A DNA stretch of 63,447 bases, the filler included, from Reclinomonas americana ATCC 50394 (taxonomy: Eukaryota), in NCBI GenBank assembly GCA_048213135.1. It is 6 parts of one record of this genome, joined end to end, with 100 filler letters (N's around TTAATTAATTAA, not from the genome) between each part and the next. Parts side by side here need not be neighbours in the genome. Positions count along the whole stretch, not along the records: positions 29,784 to 47,832 come from PS015028.1; 5 more parts are not named here. The stretch is one strand, 5' to 3'. How positions within the stretch are numbered: position 1 is the first letter of the stretch; every line of letters begins with the position of its first letter. The position numbers were made by a program, and so were the translations under genes. The notes under the pieces were generated by a model, which made no database searches, was not told the origin of the DNA, and saw only the letters and a list, made by a program, of their open reading frames with translations. This document shows positions 35,043-47,932 of the stretch, one piece after another.

Positions 35043-37484
35043 ATGAAGGCCGACACCACTGATGGTGGTGATGATGAAGGGGGGCAGGTGATGGAGTGGC
35101 CTGTGCGCGCGCGAAAGCAGCTGCGGTGGCGACGCAGCAGGCGACGCCTCTCTGATGATGCCGACGATGATTATGATGATGATGCAGAGGAGACAGTGCA
35201 TGGTGTGGCGTGCAAGTCGCAGTGGGTCGACACGGAGGATGCAGATGAGCTGGTGGCGATGATGAGTGGCATGTTGCGAGTGGACGATGATGATGGCGAT
35301 GATGATGAGTTTATGGTCAGTGAGCTGGCAGAGGCGCCATCGCGGCACGTGGAGAGCGCGTTCATGTCGGCGGTCGAGTATGTGGGCTCGCCGGAGATGG
35401 ACTATGAGCAAATGGCGACGCTTGGCGGTCAGCAGGAGATGCAGATTGCCGACACGTCGTTGACGGAGCTGGATGTGCGGCGCGTGGGCATGCTGTGTCG
35501 GTCGTTGGGTCCGCCCACCTCGTGCCTCGCATCGTTGTCGCTGGTGCGGTGTACGCTGCCGGACGAGGCGGCGCCGGCGGTGGCGTTTGTGATGATGCAC
35601 TGCCCGCATGTGCGCCGTGTGGCCTTGCAAGGTGGCGACTCTTCTTCTTTCTTCTCCCTTCTCTTGACGATTCCTGCGCTCACTCGCGCGTCTCTCTCGC
35701 AGCGTGCACTGTTGGCGAACCGCTGCTCTCCGTTCTGTGCAGCGCTGTGGGTGTGCACCGGCACCTGCTGTCGCTGTCGATTCAATGTTGCGTTTCTGCT
35801 CGTTCGTGCGCCTCGTACGATGCTCACCGAGTGCCGCACAGACTGTGGCCTCGGCCAGTACCTGCACTGCGTGGCGTCACTGGCCGACTCGCTGGCAGAT
35901 CATCCATCGCTCGAGTGTCTGGCGCTGGACGGCAATGCACTCGAGGCGCGTCACATTCGCATGCTGACGCGACGCCTGTCGACAGCCACCGCCCTCTCTC
36001 GACTGAGTCTCAGCGGTTGCGTTTTTTTTTGTGCAAAGATGCCACCGTGTCCATCCACGCGCTCACTGTGCGAGGCGCGCCAGATAATCCACTGGGCGAT
36101 TCGGGCGTGCAGCATGTGATTGGCCTTCTGCGCACACCGTCGTGCGCGCTCTCGCAAGTGTCGCTGCAGAGTTGAGCGCTCGTCTTTTTTCACAGCATCT
36201 TCTGCCAGCCAGTCGATCTCACCCCATCGTGGCGCAGAGAGTCAGCTGAGCGATGTGTCTGCGTTGGCGCTGGTGCGTCTGCTGGACGATCCACGAGCGG
36301 CGACTCACTTGCGTCACCTGGATGTGGACGACAATGCGATTGGCGACGCCGCCAGTGCCGAGCTGGCCGAGGCTTCTGTCAACCGCAGTGCCACACTCGA
36401 GTCGTTGTGTGGTGTGCCCGTGGAGGCCGTTCGGCGCAACGCCGTCGCCACGTTTGATGATGGTTTGTGTGTGATGCGGTTGTGAAAGAAAATGCGAGCT
36501 GCTGATTTCTTTTGTTGCCGGGTGCAGTGTGCACGAGACCATTCCGCAGGAGACCACAATTCTACGCCCTCGTGGCGGCTCTGCATCGCAACTGGACGGT
36601 GGAGGAGTTTGTGTGGAATGGTACGCCGGCCGATTGTCATCAGCACGTGGTAGTGCAGCGGGGTTGAACCTGACAACTTTCATGCACACAGGTGGTGGTC
36701 TCAGCACGGTGGCCGTGCACACACTGTGCAGATTACTGCGCGCCAACGCACACCTCACGTCTCTATCGTTGCTCGGTGCGTAAGCGGTACACATGCGATG
36801 AAGAGCGCACGGGGTGGAAAATGACATTGTTGTGCGCACACAGGCGAGTGTCTCGACGCGCAGGGAATGGAGGTGCTCACCGACGTGTTTGTGGACAACT
36901 CGGCTCCCAATCTCGTCTCGCTCACCATCTCGTTGCCTGGTATGTCTGTGTATTGGTGTGCACGGGAAAGAATGAGTGCTGACGGTGCGTGCAGACTCGC
37001 CGCTGGTGAGCGAGAGTGCCGTCGATTTCGTTGCTGCCCTGGTCAACAATCACACTTTACGGCACCTGCGTATGCAGCGTTGCGTCGCCTCCGCCTCTCT
37101 TTCATCCTTGTGCTTGGTGGTTGACACATGTGGTTCGTCGCAGTGGCCATCACCGAGACCGTGTACCCGACGCTGCACGAGATGCTTGTCGGCAATCAGA
37201 CGCTGCTGACCGTCGACATTACCGACTCCTCCTCGTCGTCTTCACGGCGCGGTGCACGTCGCAGCGCACCAGTGGACGGCGGCAGTGGGCAGCAGTGGCA
37301 AGCCCGCTGCGACCACCTCCTCCAGTTCAACGCAGAGATTGCGGCGCTGCAATGCGGCCTCGCGCTCTCTGTGCGCCAACTCTTGCAATCGTGCGATCGT
37401 CGAGTGGCCTCCATCGCTCGCCTCAGCAGCGCCGCACTCGAAGTCTGCTTGCAGTACACGCGACTGGTGAGACAGTGGCAATGA
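35043..37484 (+). CDS. RNI-like leucine-rich repeat protein with acidic N-terminus
   Basis: LECLALDGNAL, LSRLSLS|DNPLGDSGV, LRHLDVDDNAIGD, NAHLTSLSL, NHTLRHL, NQTLLTVDI across GT-AG-joined exons. Confidence 0.8.
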
Positions 37485-38468
37485 AAAAACGGTGTGCGAT
37501 GTTTTTATGTAGACGAGGTTTACAGAAGCGATTACCTTTATCGTTGTTTTGCGTCTCTGAGCCAATAATAGCCCCACCTCTTTGTGTGTGTGTCTGTTGC
37601 TCTCTGTGTGATACCCTGCAGCTTGTCGAGACCTGCTCCATTCCTCGCCTCTGTGTGCCCTCTCCTCCCTCTTGTGTTTTTCGTGTGTGCGCGTGGTGAC
37701 ATTGCACACGCGTCACAGTTGTTGTCCGTTCCGCTCTCTCCTACACACACACTGGCATAGTGTGTGACGAAGAAAGCGTTTTTTTAATAACAGAGAGAAG
37801 ACACTGGTGTTCTTCTTCTCTTCTCTGTCTCTCCCCGCGGTGCGTCGTTAATTAAGTGCGACGCGCGTGCGTTTGTGTGCTCCTTCTCGCCGAGCAACAA
37901 GTGTTCTGTGAGTGAGTGTTCTGCTCTCTCTCTCTCTCTGCCTTTGTGCCACCTCCTCCTCGAAACCGCCGGCCCCCGTCATCCCTTGTATGTTCTTTGG
38001 TGAGTGACTGACACTGTGCGTGCGTGCATTGATGATGAATGATGANNNNNNNNNNNNNNNNNNNNNNNNNNNNNNNNNNNNNNNNNNNNNNNNNNNNNNN
38101 NNNNNNNNNNNNNNNNNNNNNNNNNNNNNNNNNNNNNNNNNNNNNNNNNNNNNNNNNNNNNNNNNNNNNNNNNNNNNNNNNNNNNNNNNNNNNNNNNNNN
38201 NNNNNNNNNNNNNNNNNNNNNNNNNNNNNNNNNNNNNNNNNNNNNNNNNNNNNNNNNNNNNNNNNNNNNNNNNNNNNNNNNNNNNNNNNNNNNNNNNNNN
38301 NNNNNNNNNNNNNNNNNNNNNNNNNNNNNNNNNNNNNNNNNNNNNNNNNNNNNNNNNNNNNNNNNNNNNNNNNNNNNNNNNNNNNNNNNNNNNNNNNNNN
38401 NNNNNNNNNNNNNNNNNNNNNNNNNNNNNNNNNNNNNNNNNNNNNNNNNNNNNNNNATGATTGACTGA

Positions 38469-38977
38469 ATGCATTGTGCAGAGTCTTCATCAAACACCGA
38501 AACCCATCTCGTGTCTGATGTCTCCGATTACTGCTCCGGTCTTCACGCCCAACGGTCGCACGCTGATGCCGCCGGACATTCCACTGGTGCTGGTCCTAGC
38601 CAGTACCACCAACACCACCAGCACAGCAGCGCTGTGAACACGGCCACCACCACGGTGGCTCTGGATCTTGCAAGCAGCGGTCCGCTGGACTCGCTGCTCA
38701 CCCGCCAGCGCTCGTGCTCATCGGCTGGCTCGCGCTCCTCGTCCTCGTCATCGTCTGCGTCGTCGTGCTGTTCGCAGTCGCGATCGCGCTCGTCGACGAT
38801 TGAGGAGCACGGCGACCGCAGTCGCAGTCACAGTCGTGATTCGTTCTGCAGCGACGGCAGCCGGTGCTGCGGAAGCCCGTCGCCGGCGGCCATGTCGTTG
38901 GCGGCCGCGGCTGCCGCGGCGGCTGTGGAGTTGTCGTGCGAGGAGGCGGCGGTGGCTGATGCGGCCGAGGTTGCCGC
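38469..38977 (+). CDS. Ser/Ala-rich hypothetical protein, upstream part
   Basis: Open frame across the whole contig, ending in Ala-rich sequence at the gap. Confidence 0.45.
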
Positions 38978-39897
38978 NNNNNNNNNNNNNNNNNNNNNNN
39001 NNNNNNNNNNNNNNNNNNNNNNNNNNNNNNNNNNNNNNNNNNNNNNNNNNNNNNNNNNNNNNNNNNNNNNNNNNNNNNNNNNNNNNNNNNNNNNNNNNNN
39101 NNNNNNNNNNNNNNNNNNNNNNNNNNNNNNNNNNNNNNNNNNNNNNNNNNNNNNNNNNNNNNNNNNNNNNNNNNNNNNNNNNNNNNNNNNNNNNNNNNNN
39201 NNNNNNNNNNNNNNNNNNNNNNNNNNNNNNNNNNNNNNNNNNNNNNNNNNNNNNNNNNNNNNNNNNNNNNNNNNNNNNNNNNNNNNNNNNNNNNNNNNNN
39301 NNNNNNNNNNNNNNNNNNNNNNNNNNNNNNNNNNNNNNNNNNNNNNNNNNNNNNNNNNNNNNNNNNNNNNNNNNNNNNNNNNNNNNNNNNNNNNNNNNNN
39401 NNNNNNNNNNNNNNNNNNNNNNNNNNNNNNNNNNNNNNNNNNNNNNNNNNNNNNNNNNNNNNNNNNNNNNNNNNNNNNNNNNNNNNNNNNNNNNNNNNNN
39501 NNNNNNNNNNNNNNNNNNNNNNNNNNNNNNNNNNNNNNNNNNNNNNNNNNNNNNNNNNNNNNNNNNNNNNNNNNNNNNNNNNNNNNNNNNNNNNNNNNNN
39601 NNNNNNNNNNNNNNNNNNNNNNNNNNNNNNNNNNNNNNNNNNNNNNNNNNNNNNNNNNNNNNNNNNNNNNNNNNNNNNNNNNNNNNNNNNNNNNNNNNNN
39701 NNNNNNNNNNNNNNNNNNNNNNNNNNNNNNNNNNNNNNNNNNNNNNNNNNNNNNNNNNNNNNNNNNNNNNNNNNNNNNNNNNNNNNNNNNNNNNNNNNNN
39801 NNNNNNNNNNNNNNNNNNNNNNNNNNNNNNNNNNNNNNNNNNNNNNNNNNNNNNNNNNNNNNNNNNNNNNNNNNNNNNNNNNNNNNNNNNNNNNNNN

Positions 39898-40724
39898 GCA
39901 TGCGCACGATTCGTGAGCACGACGAGAGTGAATGACGCTGTGCGACAGACGCAACCGTGAGCAGAATGTTATCGGGCTTGATATCGCGGTGCAGGAGGCG
40001 CAGTGGAGGCCTATGGATGTACGCCAAGCCACGCAGCACCTGCTTGGCCACAGCCGCCAACACAGGCTCAGGAACGCACTTGTTCGGGCACACCTGCGTC
40101 AAAGAGTCAGCAAGAGCATGAAAGAGCACGCGCTGTTGCTGCCTCGTGCTCAGACAAAGACCTCCATGAGTCGGCCGAGTGTGCCCACATTCATCCACTC
40201 CAGCACAAAGCCCACGTGATGCGCTCGCAGCACCCACCCTGCGCACGACATGACATTCGGATGCGCAGCTTGACTGCACGCCGACAATGCGTCGTGCTCT
40301 CGATCCACAGGCTCCAGATCGCTCTCACCAGGCATCTCCACTACATCACACTATGTGAAGCACACATGTGTGAGTGTGTGTGTGTGTTGACAACGAGAGA
40401 GAAAGAGTGATCACACCTGCACAAACTATATATGCGCAATCAGTCAGTGATGTCACGAGGGAAGACGAGGAGGAACACTTTTTGAGCGCGAACCTTGAGC
40501 ACGACTAGCTTCTGTGTGGCTCTCTCGCGGGCGAGAAAGACCTCTGAGAAGCGGCCGGTGCCGACGCGACGCAAAATGTCAAACGACTCTTCCTGTTGTG
40601 TGTGTCACAGTGTGACAGTGAGTGAGTGAGACAGAGGGAGGAGAGGAGGAGGGAGAGAGAGGGAAGAGAGTGGAACTTTGCGCTCAACCAGCGCCGGTGG
40701 TGGAGGCGCGATGGGTGAGTCCAT
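39898..40724 (-). CDS. MAP2K/STE7-like kinase, N-terminal half (subdomains I-VIb)
   Basis: FDILRRVGTGRFSEVFLA, VVLK, HPNVMSC, FVLEWMNVGTL, VPEPVLAAVAKQVLRGLAYIH, LLHRDIKPDNILL. Confidence 0.85.
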
Positions 40725-40992
40725 TCTCAGACGTTTTCTCACTGAGTGACGAAATGACGAACAAACGAGCGTGATCATGACAATGGGACTCATGCATTGT
40801 TGTTTGATCTCATGCGGCGGTTGGGGTTTATTACTCCCACCCTGCGCTTCTGTTAGCTTGCGTGAATTAACTCTCGTTAACACGCGAGAACAGAAGAGCA
40901 AGAACACGTAATAATCACACAATCGCAATGAACGAAAAACATGAGAGAAAAGAGAATCAACAGCAAAAAATAATGGTGGCAGCGGCGCGGCT

Positions 40993-41434
40993 TCACGAGC
41001 CGCGGCGACAACGCTGTGCGCCACTCTGACGGTGCACATCCACCCCAGCGGTCACGCCCTTCACGCGCGACGACACGTGGTAGGTGGCCGAGCGTAGGGC
41101 GCGACGCTGCACCTCGTGCTGCGCACGACGTGTGGCGCGAGCCACATCGCTGCGACGAGCGTCAATGCCGAAAGCCACATTGGCCGGCACGTTGCCGGGA
41201 GCCAGGCCAGCGAGCGCCACGTACAGACGCAGGACCCACGGATCGCTGCGCGCACGCAGCGGCGACGGCTGCCCTTCAGCCTCATCCGAGTCCGAATCCT
41301 CCGAGTCCGAGTCATCATCGTCCAGCAAACGTGCAAAGAACTTGACGTCGGTGATGGTGTCGAACTCGAGCGGCGCGGGCGGCGCCACATCGGCGCCCTG
41401 ATCGTGGCCAGTGCCGGCAGCGGCAGCAGCAGCA
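40993..41434 (-). CDS. Probable 3' part of the 38469-38977 hypothetical, on an inverted contig
   Basis: Frame begins with poly-Ala at the gap and reads EFDTITDVKFFARLLDD...YHVSSRVKGV... to a stop at 40993. Confidence 0.45.
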
Positions 41435-41454
41435 NNNNNNNNNNNNNNNNNNNN

Positions 41455-43209
41455 GCAGGTGGTGCCGGCTGTGGGAGTGCAGCCACTGGCGACTCCGGAG
41501 CAGCACCCGCCTGTCGATGTCTTCAACTCGCCCGTGGAGACACCGCCGGCGTCGCCGTCGGGTGAGCCGCGCTTTGTTGGTCGTCACCGAGTGTGCTTGA
41601 TTTAGGCACTCATGATCGTGAGGCAGATCTCGTCTGCAACGTGCGACTCTCCGATTTCAACTCGTCGCGCCTCAACGCCAAGAAGGTGCAGTACACGTTC
41701 ACCGGCACCGAGGTCTACATGTCGGTGAGATGCGCGTGGGAGCGAGAATGTTGACCCGAGCACGCAATAGCTGATTGTGATTTTCGCGGGTGGGAATTGC
41801 ACGTGCAGCCGGAGCGAGTTATCGGCTCTGGTCACTCCACGCCCTCCGATATCTGGAGCTTTGGTCTCACGCTGATGACGGCGGCGACGGGAGCCAATCC
41901 CATTTTGGCCGGCATGGACTGTTGCGCAGNNNNNNNNNNNNNNNNNNNNNNNNNNNNNNNNNNNNNNNNNNNNNNNNNNNNNNNNNNNNNNNNNNNNNNN
42001 NNNNNNNNNNNNNNNNNNNNNNNNNNNNNNNNNNNNNNNNNNNNNNNNNNNNNNNNNNNNNNNNNNNNNNNNNNNNNNNNNNNNNNNNNNNNNNNNNNNN
42101 NNNNNNNNNNNNNNNNNNNNNNNNNNNNNNNNNNNNNNNNNNNNNNNNNNNNNNNNNNNNNNNNNNNNNNNNNNNNNNNNNNNNNNNNNNNNNNNNNNNN
42201 NNNNNNNNNNNNNNNNNNNNNNNNNNNNNNNNNNNNNNNNNNNNNNNNNNNNNNNNNNNNNNNNNNNNNNNNNNNNNNNNNNNNNNNNNNNNNNNNNNNN
42301 NNNNNNNNNNNNNNNNNNNNNNNNNNNNNNNNNNNNNNNNNNNNNNNNNNNNNNNNNNNNNNNNNNNNNNNNNNNNNNNNNNNNNNNNNNNNNNNNNNNN
42401 NNNNNNNNNNNNNNNNNNNNNNNNNNNNNNNNNNNNNNNNNNNNNNNNNNNNNNNNNNNNNNNNNNNNNNNNNNNNNNNNNNNNNNNNNNNNNNNNNNNN
42501 NNNNNNNNNNNNNNNNNNNNNNNNNNNNNNNNNNNTGCGCGTTTGTCAACTCGCGCAGCCTCGCTTTTGCTGATGTGTGCACACAGCGCCGGATCATTTC
42601 GGCCTCATGAATCGCATCTGTACGTACCCGCTTCCTGAGCTGCCTAGCGGACACTCGGAGGCATTCCGCGAGTTTGTCAGCAGCTGGTGCGACACAGAAG
42701 TCACAATCCTTTTTTTGTGCTCCCGACGCGCTCATCCGTTGCTTTCGTGTTTCCAGTTTGAAGCGCGACCCAGAGCAGCGACCCACCGCCCAGCACCTGC
42801 TCACGTCGGCGTTTATCACCAGCGCACCGAGTGCCTCGTGGCTGGCCAAGTTGAGCACGGTGTTGACTTTCTCTCCTTCATCCCATCGCTTTCCTAATCC
42901 TTGTCTTTGGCGCACAGCTGGGTGGTTGAGCGTGGCCTCTACACACCCGACACTGATGCACCACCGGTGGTAGCGGCCTCGTTCCCCTTCACCAATCCCA
43001 CCGCGAATTTGTCGTCGTCATCGTCGTCCTCGTCCTCATCGTCGTCTTCCATGCCCTCGCCTGCGATCGTGCCGAGCAAGACGCACATGACTGCACCCTC
43101 TGCAACGGCAACGGCTGCTGCGGCAGCAGCAGCAGTAGCGGCGGCGGCGGCGGCAGCTTCCGCGACAGCAGGTGACACCAACGAGCGGCCGCCACCAACG
43201 GATCCATGA
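41455..43209 (+). CDS. MAP2K/STE7-like kinase, C-terminal half (subdomains VII-XI)
   Basis: VRLSDFNSSR, TFTGTEVYMS|PERV, SDIWSFGLTL, SEAFREFVSSC|LKRDPEQRPTAQHLL. Confidence 0.85.
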
Positions 43210-43326
43210 CGTTGAGCGGTGGCAGCGGTGGGGGGAGTGTGCAGTGATTGAGTTTTGTTTTGTGTTGTTACTTGTTATTATTATTATTATTGCAAACCAA
43301 ACAAAAAGAAACATGTCAATACCCTG

Positions 43327-44894
43327 TCACTGCCTCGCACCACCACGCCCACCTCCCCGCCACGGTCGCCGACCACCGCGGCCGCGATTACCACCACCAC
43401 CTCCACCACCACCTCCTCCTCCTCCCCGCCCTCGACCCTGACCACCACCACCACCACCACGATGCCCGTGCCATCCACCACGCGGCCGGTGTCGCGACGG
43501 ACCGCGCTCGATCGGAACACGGTCGGTCAGCATGCCTCGCTGGCGGAACAGCAGCGCAGACTGATCGGCCACCACCTGCAGCACCTGCATGCAGAACTCA
43601 AAATACTTGGCGACGGCCGGCGGCACTCGCGGGTCGTGCGTGCGCACACTGCACAATTCGTGCGCCTCGCGCAGGGCGCCCAACTCGGTCGTGCACTGCA
43701 GCACCGGCGCCGCGACGATGCGGAGTCGCCGATCGACGTCCAGGTCACTCAAGAAGCGCAGGCTGTGCGCAATCGCCAGAATGCCCTGCTCACGCACTCC
43801 CGTGGACGACAAGCGGAGCTCGCGAATCGGCGCACGTGAGTCCGCAATGCTCTCAGCGCCAGCGTCGCTGATCTTGTTGACTGGCGCACAAAAAATATAA
43901 GATGAGCGCTCATCACAGTGTGCACGCTCGCTGCGATGGACGCAACATGACAGCGACAGGTACCGCAGCTGCGCCAGGTTGCTCAGCAGCGCCAGACCCG
44001 CGTCAGAGATACGGTTCTCTGCACGGGTGACACATATGGTCGGCGACTGCTGCTTGGCAACGGTGAAGGCGAAGAGAAAAAACCAAAACGCACCGCTCGC
44101 CTGGATTCGCCGCAGCTGCGTGCAGTGCGTGCACAGGGCCAGCATACCTGCATTGCCGACGCCCGTCTCACTCACGTTGATGCTGGTGAGGTTGGGGCAC
44201 GCGCGGGCTATCGCCTCCACTCCATCATCGCCGATCGAGTTGTCTATATGCAAGAGGGTGAGACCGCGTCAGAAAGGAAAGCACACTATGCGCTCATCGC
44301 AACTCCACATGTCCAGCTCGCGCAGCCGCGGTCGCAGCACGGGTCCACGATCGTCGGCAAACAGTTGTCGCATGCCATCGCCAGTGAGCATGTTCACTGT
44401 GAACGATGATCGATCAGCAGCTGAGAGGGCGAAATGGATGCGAACAGAGCACACACCTGACAAGCGCAAGCTCTCCAGCGATGGCATGCACAGTGCCAGC
44501 GACTGCGCCGAGGCATCCGTCAGCTCGTTGCCTGCCACAGAGCGAGAAGAGGGTTCAAAAAAAGCTCCTTTTTTTGGTGCGCGACGACGTTGTGTGTGTG
44601 CGAACCGGTCAAATCCAACGATCGCAGCTCGTCACCGCAACGCTGCAGTGCCACTCCCACAATATGCCGCAGCTTGGCATCGCCCAGTCGATACAGGCGA
44701 AAATCCACCTGAGGCACATAATTAGCCTCGTTTTTTTTGGTGACATTATGTGTGTGGGAGAGCACCTTGCCACCGAGCGTCGCCACCATGTACTGCACGT
44801 ACGCCAGTGTGCGCTCATTCCGCTCCTCCTCCACCTCCTCCTCACCCACCACCTCCACCTCCTCCTCCACCCTTCGCTCCTCGATTGTTGTCAT
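43327..44894 (-). CDS. Leucine-rich repeat protein (RNI/AMN1-like) with Gly/Arg-rich (RGG) tail
   Basis: LRSLDLT|GNELTD, LESLRLS|VNMLT, NSIGDDGVEAIARACPNLTSINVS, NRISDAGL, NKISDAGA. Confidence 0.85.
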
Positions 44895-45126
44895 GTTTTG
44901 ATGTACGTCGCAGGTCCCGCTCGTCCTGTCTGTTGATTTTGCTGCATCGCGCGAGAGAGAGAAACGATGGCTTCTGTTGCCGCAGTGGAGCCCTCATCAC
45001 AGGCCACGCACCATCATCATCCACAGCAGCAGCAACAACGAAGTTGTGTGAGAAATTGCAGTCCATTCATTCGCGCGCGCGCAATCTCTCGTGGACTGTC
45101 ACTTGTGCAGTTGTGAAGTGAGTCTC

Positions 45127-46000
45127 ATGCTGATCATAACACGTGCGCCTCTCTCCTCTCCTCTTCTCTTCTCTCCCTGTGTGTCTTCATCACAGGATCA
45201 CGACGGCAATTAGGCCCACTGCTGACTGCGGCGATTGAGGGCCAGTTTGAGGAGGTGTCGCGCCTGTTGCACGCTGGCTACGATCCCAACGTACTGGATG
45301 GGTGTGTGTCTCACACACAAACCACCCTCTCTCTCTCTGTGCGTGTGCGTGTGCGGCTCACAGTTGTCAACGATCCATTGTGCTTGATAGATTTCGGCAG
45401 ACGGCGCTTTTTTATGCGGTGAAGCACAACCGCGCAGATGCGGCTGAGCTGTTGGTGCAATTCGGATGCAGTGTGCATCACGTGCAAGTGGATGGGGCGA
45501 TACCACTGCATGGATGCTGTTTCATGGGGCACACCGACTTGGTAAGCAAGCACAATCAATCTGTCGGCTCACGCGCAACTCACTCGCCACTTACACACCT
45601 CGTGGGGTACCAGGTGTGCTTGTTCGTGGACCGCTTCGGCGCCGATGTGGATGCACGGCGATTTGACGGTCAGTTGGCTGGTTCGTTGGTCGCTTGCGAT
45701 GGCGGCTACAAACTGACAACCGGTGCTGGTGATCACAGGCAAGACGCCGCTGCATCGTGCCGTGGAGGGCGGGCATGTGGACACGGCCAGAGCGCTGATT
45801 GAGCGAGGGGCACTGATTGGTGAGTGCGACAACAGCGGCCGCACTCCATGGGACGTGGCGTGTACGATGTATTCGGGAGGTATACACGCTCAATGTCTGC
45901 CTGCCCTGCGCGACTGCTTCTCACTTTGTTGCCACACGCAGTGACCCTACATCGGTTTCAGAGACTGCTGGTAGCACCGAGTGTGGAGCTTGAACGGTAG
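45127..46000 (+). CDS. Ankyrin repeat protein
   Basis: PLLTAAIEGQFEEV, QTALFYAVKHNRADAAELLV, IPLHGCCFMGHTDL, GKTPLHRAVEGGHVDTARALIERGA, GRTPWDVA. Confidence 0.88.
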
Positions 46001-46142
46001 CAAATCGTCTGCGAGAGCGCGGGCAACCCACTCTCGACGACCATGCGGTTTTGACAATGTCGGCATTGAAGCGTGTGTTGTGAGTGTGTGTGTGTGTATG
46101 TGTGCGCATGAGTGTGGTATGTATTAAGTCGGCAGGTGAGTC

Positions 46143-47832
46143 TCACTCGTCGCCATCACCACCGTCGTCCTCGTAATCATCATAGTCACCATCACCATCA
46201 CCATCACCATCATCACCACCAGCAGCAGCAGCAGTGTGGGGGAGCACGGGGTTCGAGCCACTGGCCGGTTCGGGGTGTGCGACCGGCCGTTGTTGCTGTT
46301 CCATGCTGCGGCGCCACAGGAGGGTGGTGTGCTCCAGCACAACGTACATTCCCTGCGTGATGAACGTGAGGAGGCGAGCCTCTTTGGCGTCGAGTGTGGG
46401 GTCCTCTGCCTCGGCATTCAGCAGCGTGAAGGCCTGCCGTGCCAGCACCATTTCCTGTGCCACGGGAGCTGCACGAGAGAACACGTGAGAAAAGTGCGAA
46501 GGCATCAAACGCAGGTGCAAGAGAAGCACACCTTCGCCGGTCACACGCCACGAATCAATGCTGCCGACCGTGCCCACCGCCAGGTGCACGCCAGACGGCT
46601 CCCACCCAATGGAATGCACTGCGTCCTGTAAGCGAGTCAGAAGCACCGCCCCTGTACCGCAAAGACACACGAGAGACGCACGACGCACATTCTTGGGCTC
46701 GATGAGGCCGAGAATAGAGCGCGAGTACGGATTCCAGATGGCCACCCGACCATCCGTCGATCCCGACGCCAAGCGAGTGGCATCCGGCGAAAACGCCAAG
46801 CACGTCACATCCCCCCGGTGGCCTGCACATCTCTGTTAATAAGCACGGCGCTGCCGATGACGGCAATCGATCTCTCTCACAAACCTCGCAGGGAGACCAC
46901 ACACTCGCCCGTGTCGACATTCCACAGACGCACCAGGCCATCGTCGCCTCCCGAGGCCAGGATGCCCGACACGTTGCAAAAGGAGAGCGCACGAATCGCT
47001 GCGGATGCATCGCGGCTGGCGCCGGCGGACGACGCTGTCCGTGGTGGTCGCAGCACAACAATGGGCGTCGTGTCGAAATCGGCAGGCAGACCGCCGGTGC
47101 CGTCGAGGGGTGGAATGCCGTGGATGAGAATGACGCCGCTGTCGCCGCCCGAGGCCAGCGTCATGCCAAACTCATCCACACACACCGCATTCACCGTCGG
47201 ATCCTCCTCGTTGGCGTGACCGTGGTACTGGAAGACTCGCGTCCACCGCCATTCACACACAGCGCCGAGGCCCCGTTCTTGAGTGCGCAACCACACCGCT
47301 AGTGAGCCGTCGGTGGCACCAGTGACCATCCGCAACAGGCCGCGGAAGCTGCTGGGCGCCACAAAGGTGAACGCCGACAACTCACGGCAGTCCTCGTGCA
47401 CAAACGAATGCAAATCGGCACTCCGTTGGAATCGCGGCAGCGTGCGATACATGGTGCGCGCATGCAGCGGCACGTGGTACATCTTGCGAAGAAAATAAGC
47501 ACGCGTGATACGACAGCGGATGTGCCACACACGCACACACACACACACCTCGAGTGCAGCCTCGGGCCACTCGGTGATCCACGCAATGCACATGGAATCC
47601 GGCGAGAACGCCAAACAAGTCGGCTCCCCCACCGTCTTGATCACCGACCCGACCTCCACTTCCTCCGCACGACCACGCAAGTGCGGAATGCGAACTCGCT
47701 GATGGTGGTGCTGCTGCTGCTGCGTGAGATCTTCCGTCTGCGTCACTCGCACACGCTTGTCGGAGGAGCACGATGCCTGCAAGCAAAACACGCCATCAGC
47801 AAACAACGCGCAGTCGTCTGTGATCGCGACAC
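46143..47832 (-). CDS. WD40 repeat protein, 5' end lost in a gap
   Basis: TCLAFSPD, MVTGATDGSLAVW, LASGGDSGVILIH, ILASGGDDGLVRLWNV, LASGSTDGRVAIWN; acidic tail. Confidence 0.85.
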
Positions 47833-47932
47833 NNNNNNNNNNNNNNNNNNNNNNNNNNNNNNNNNNNNNNNNNNNNTTAATTAATTAANNNNNNNNNNNN
47901 NNNNNNNNNNNNNNNNNNNNNNNNNNNNNNNN

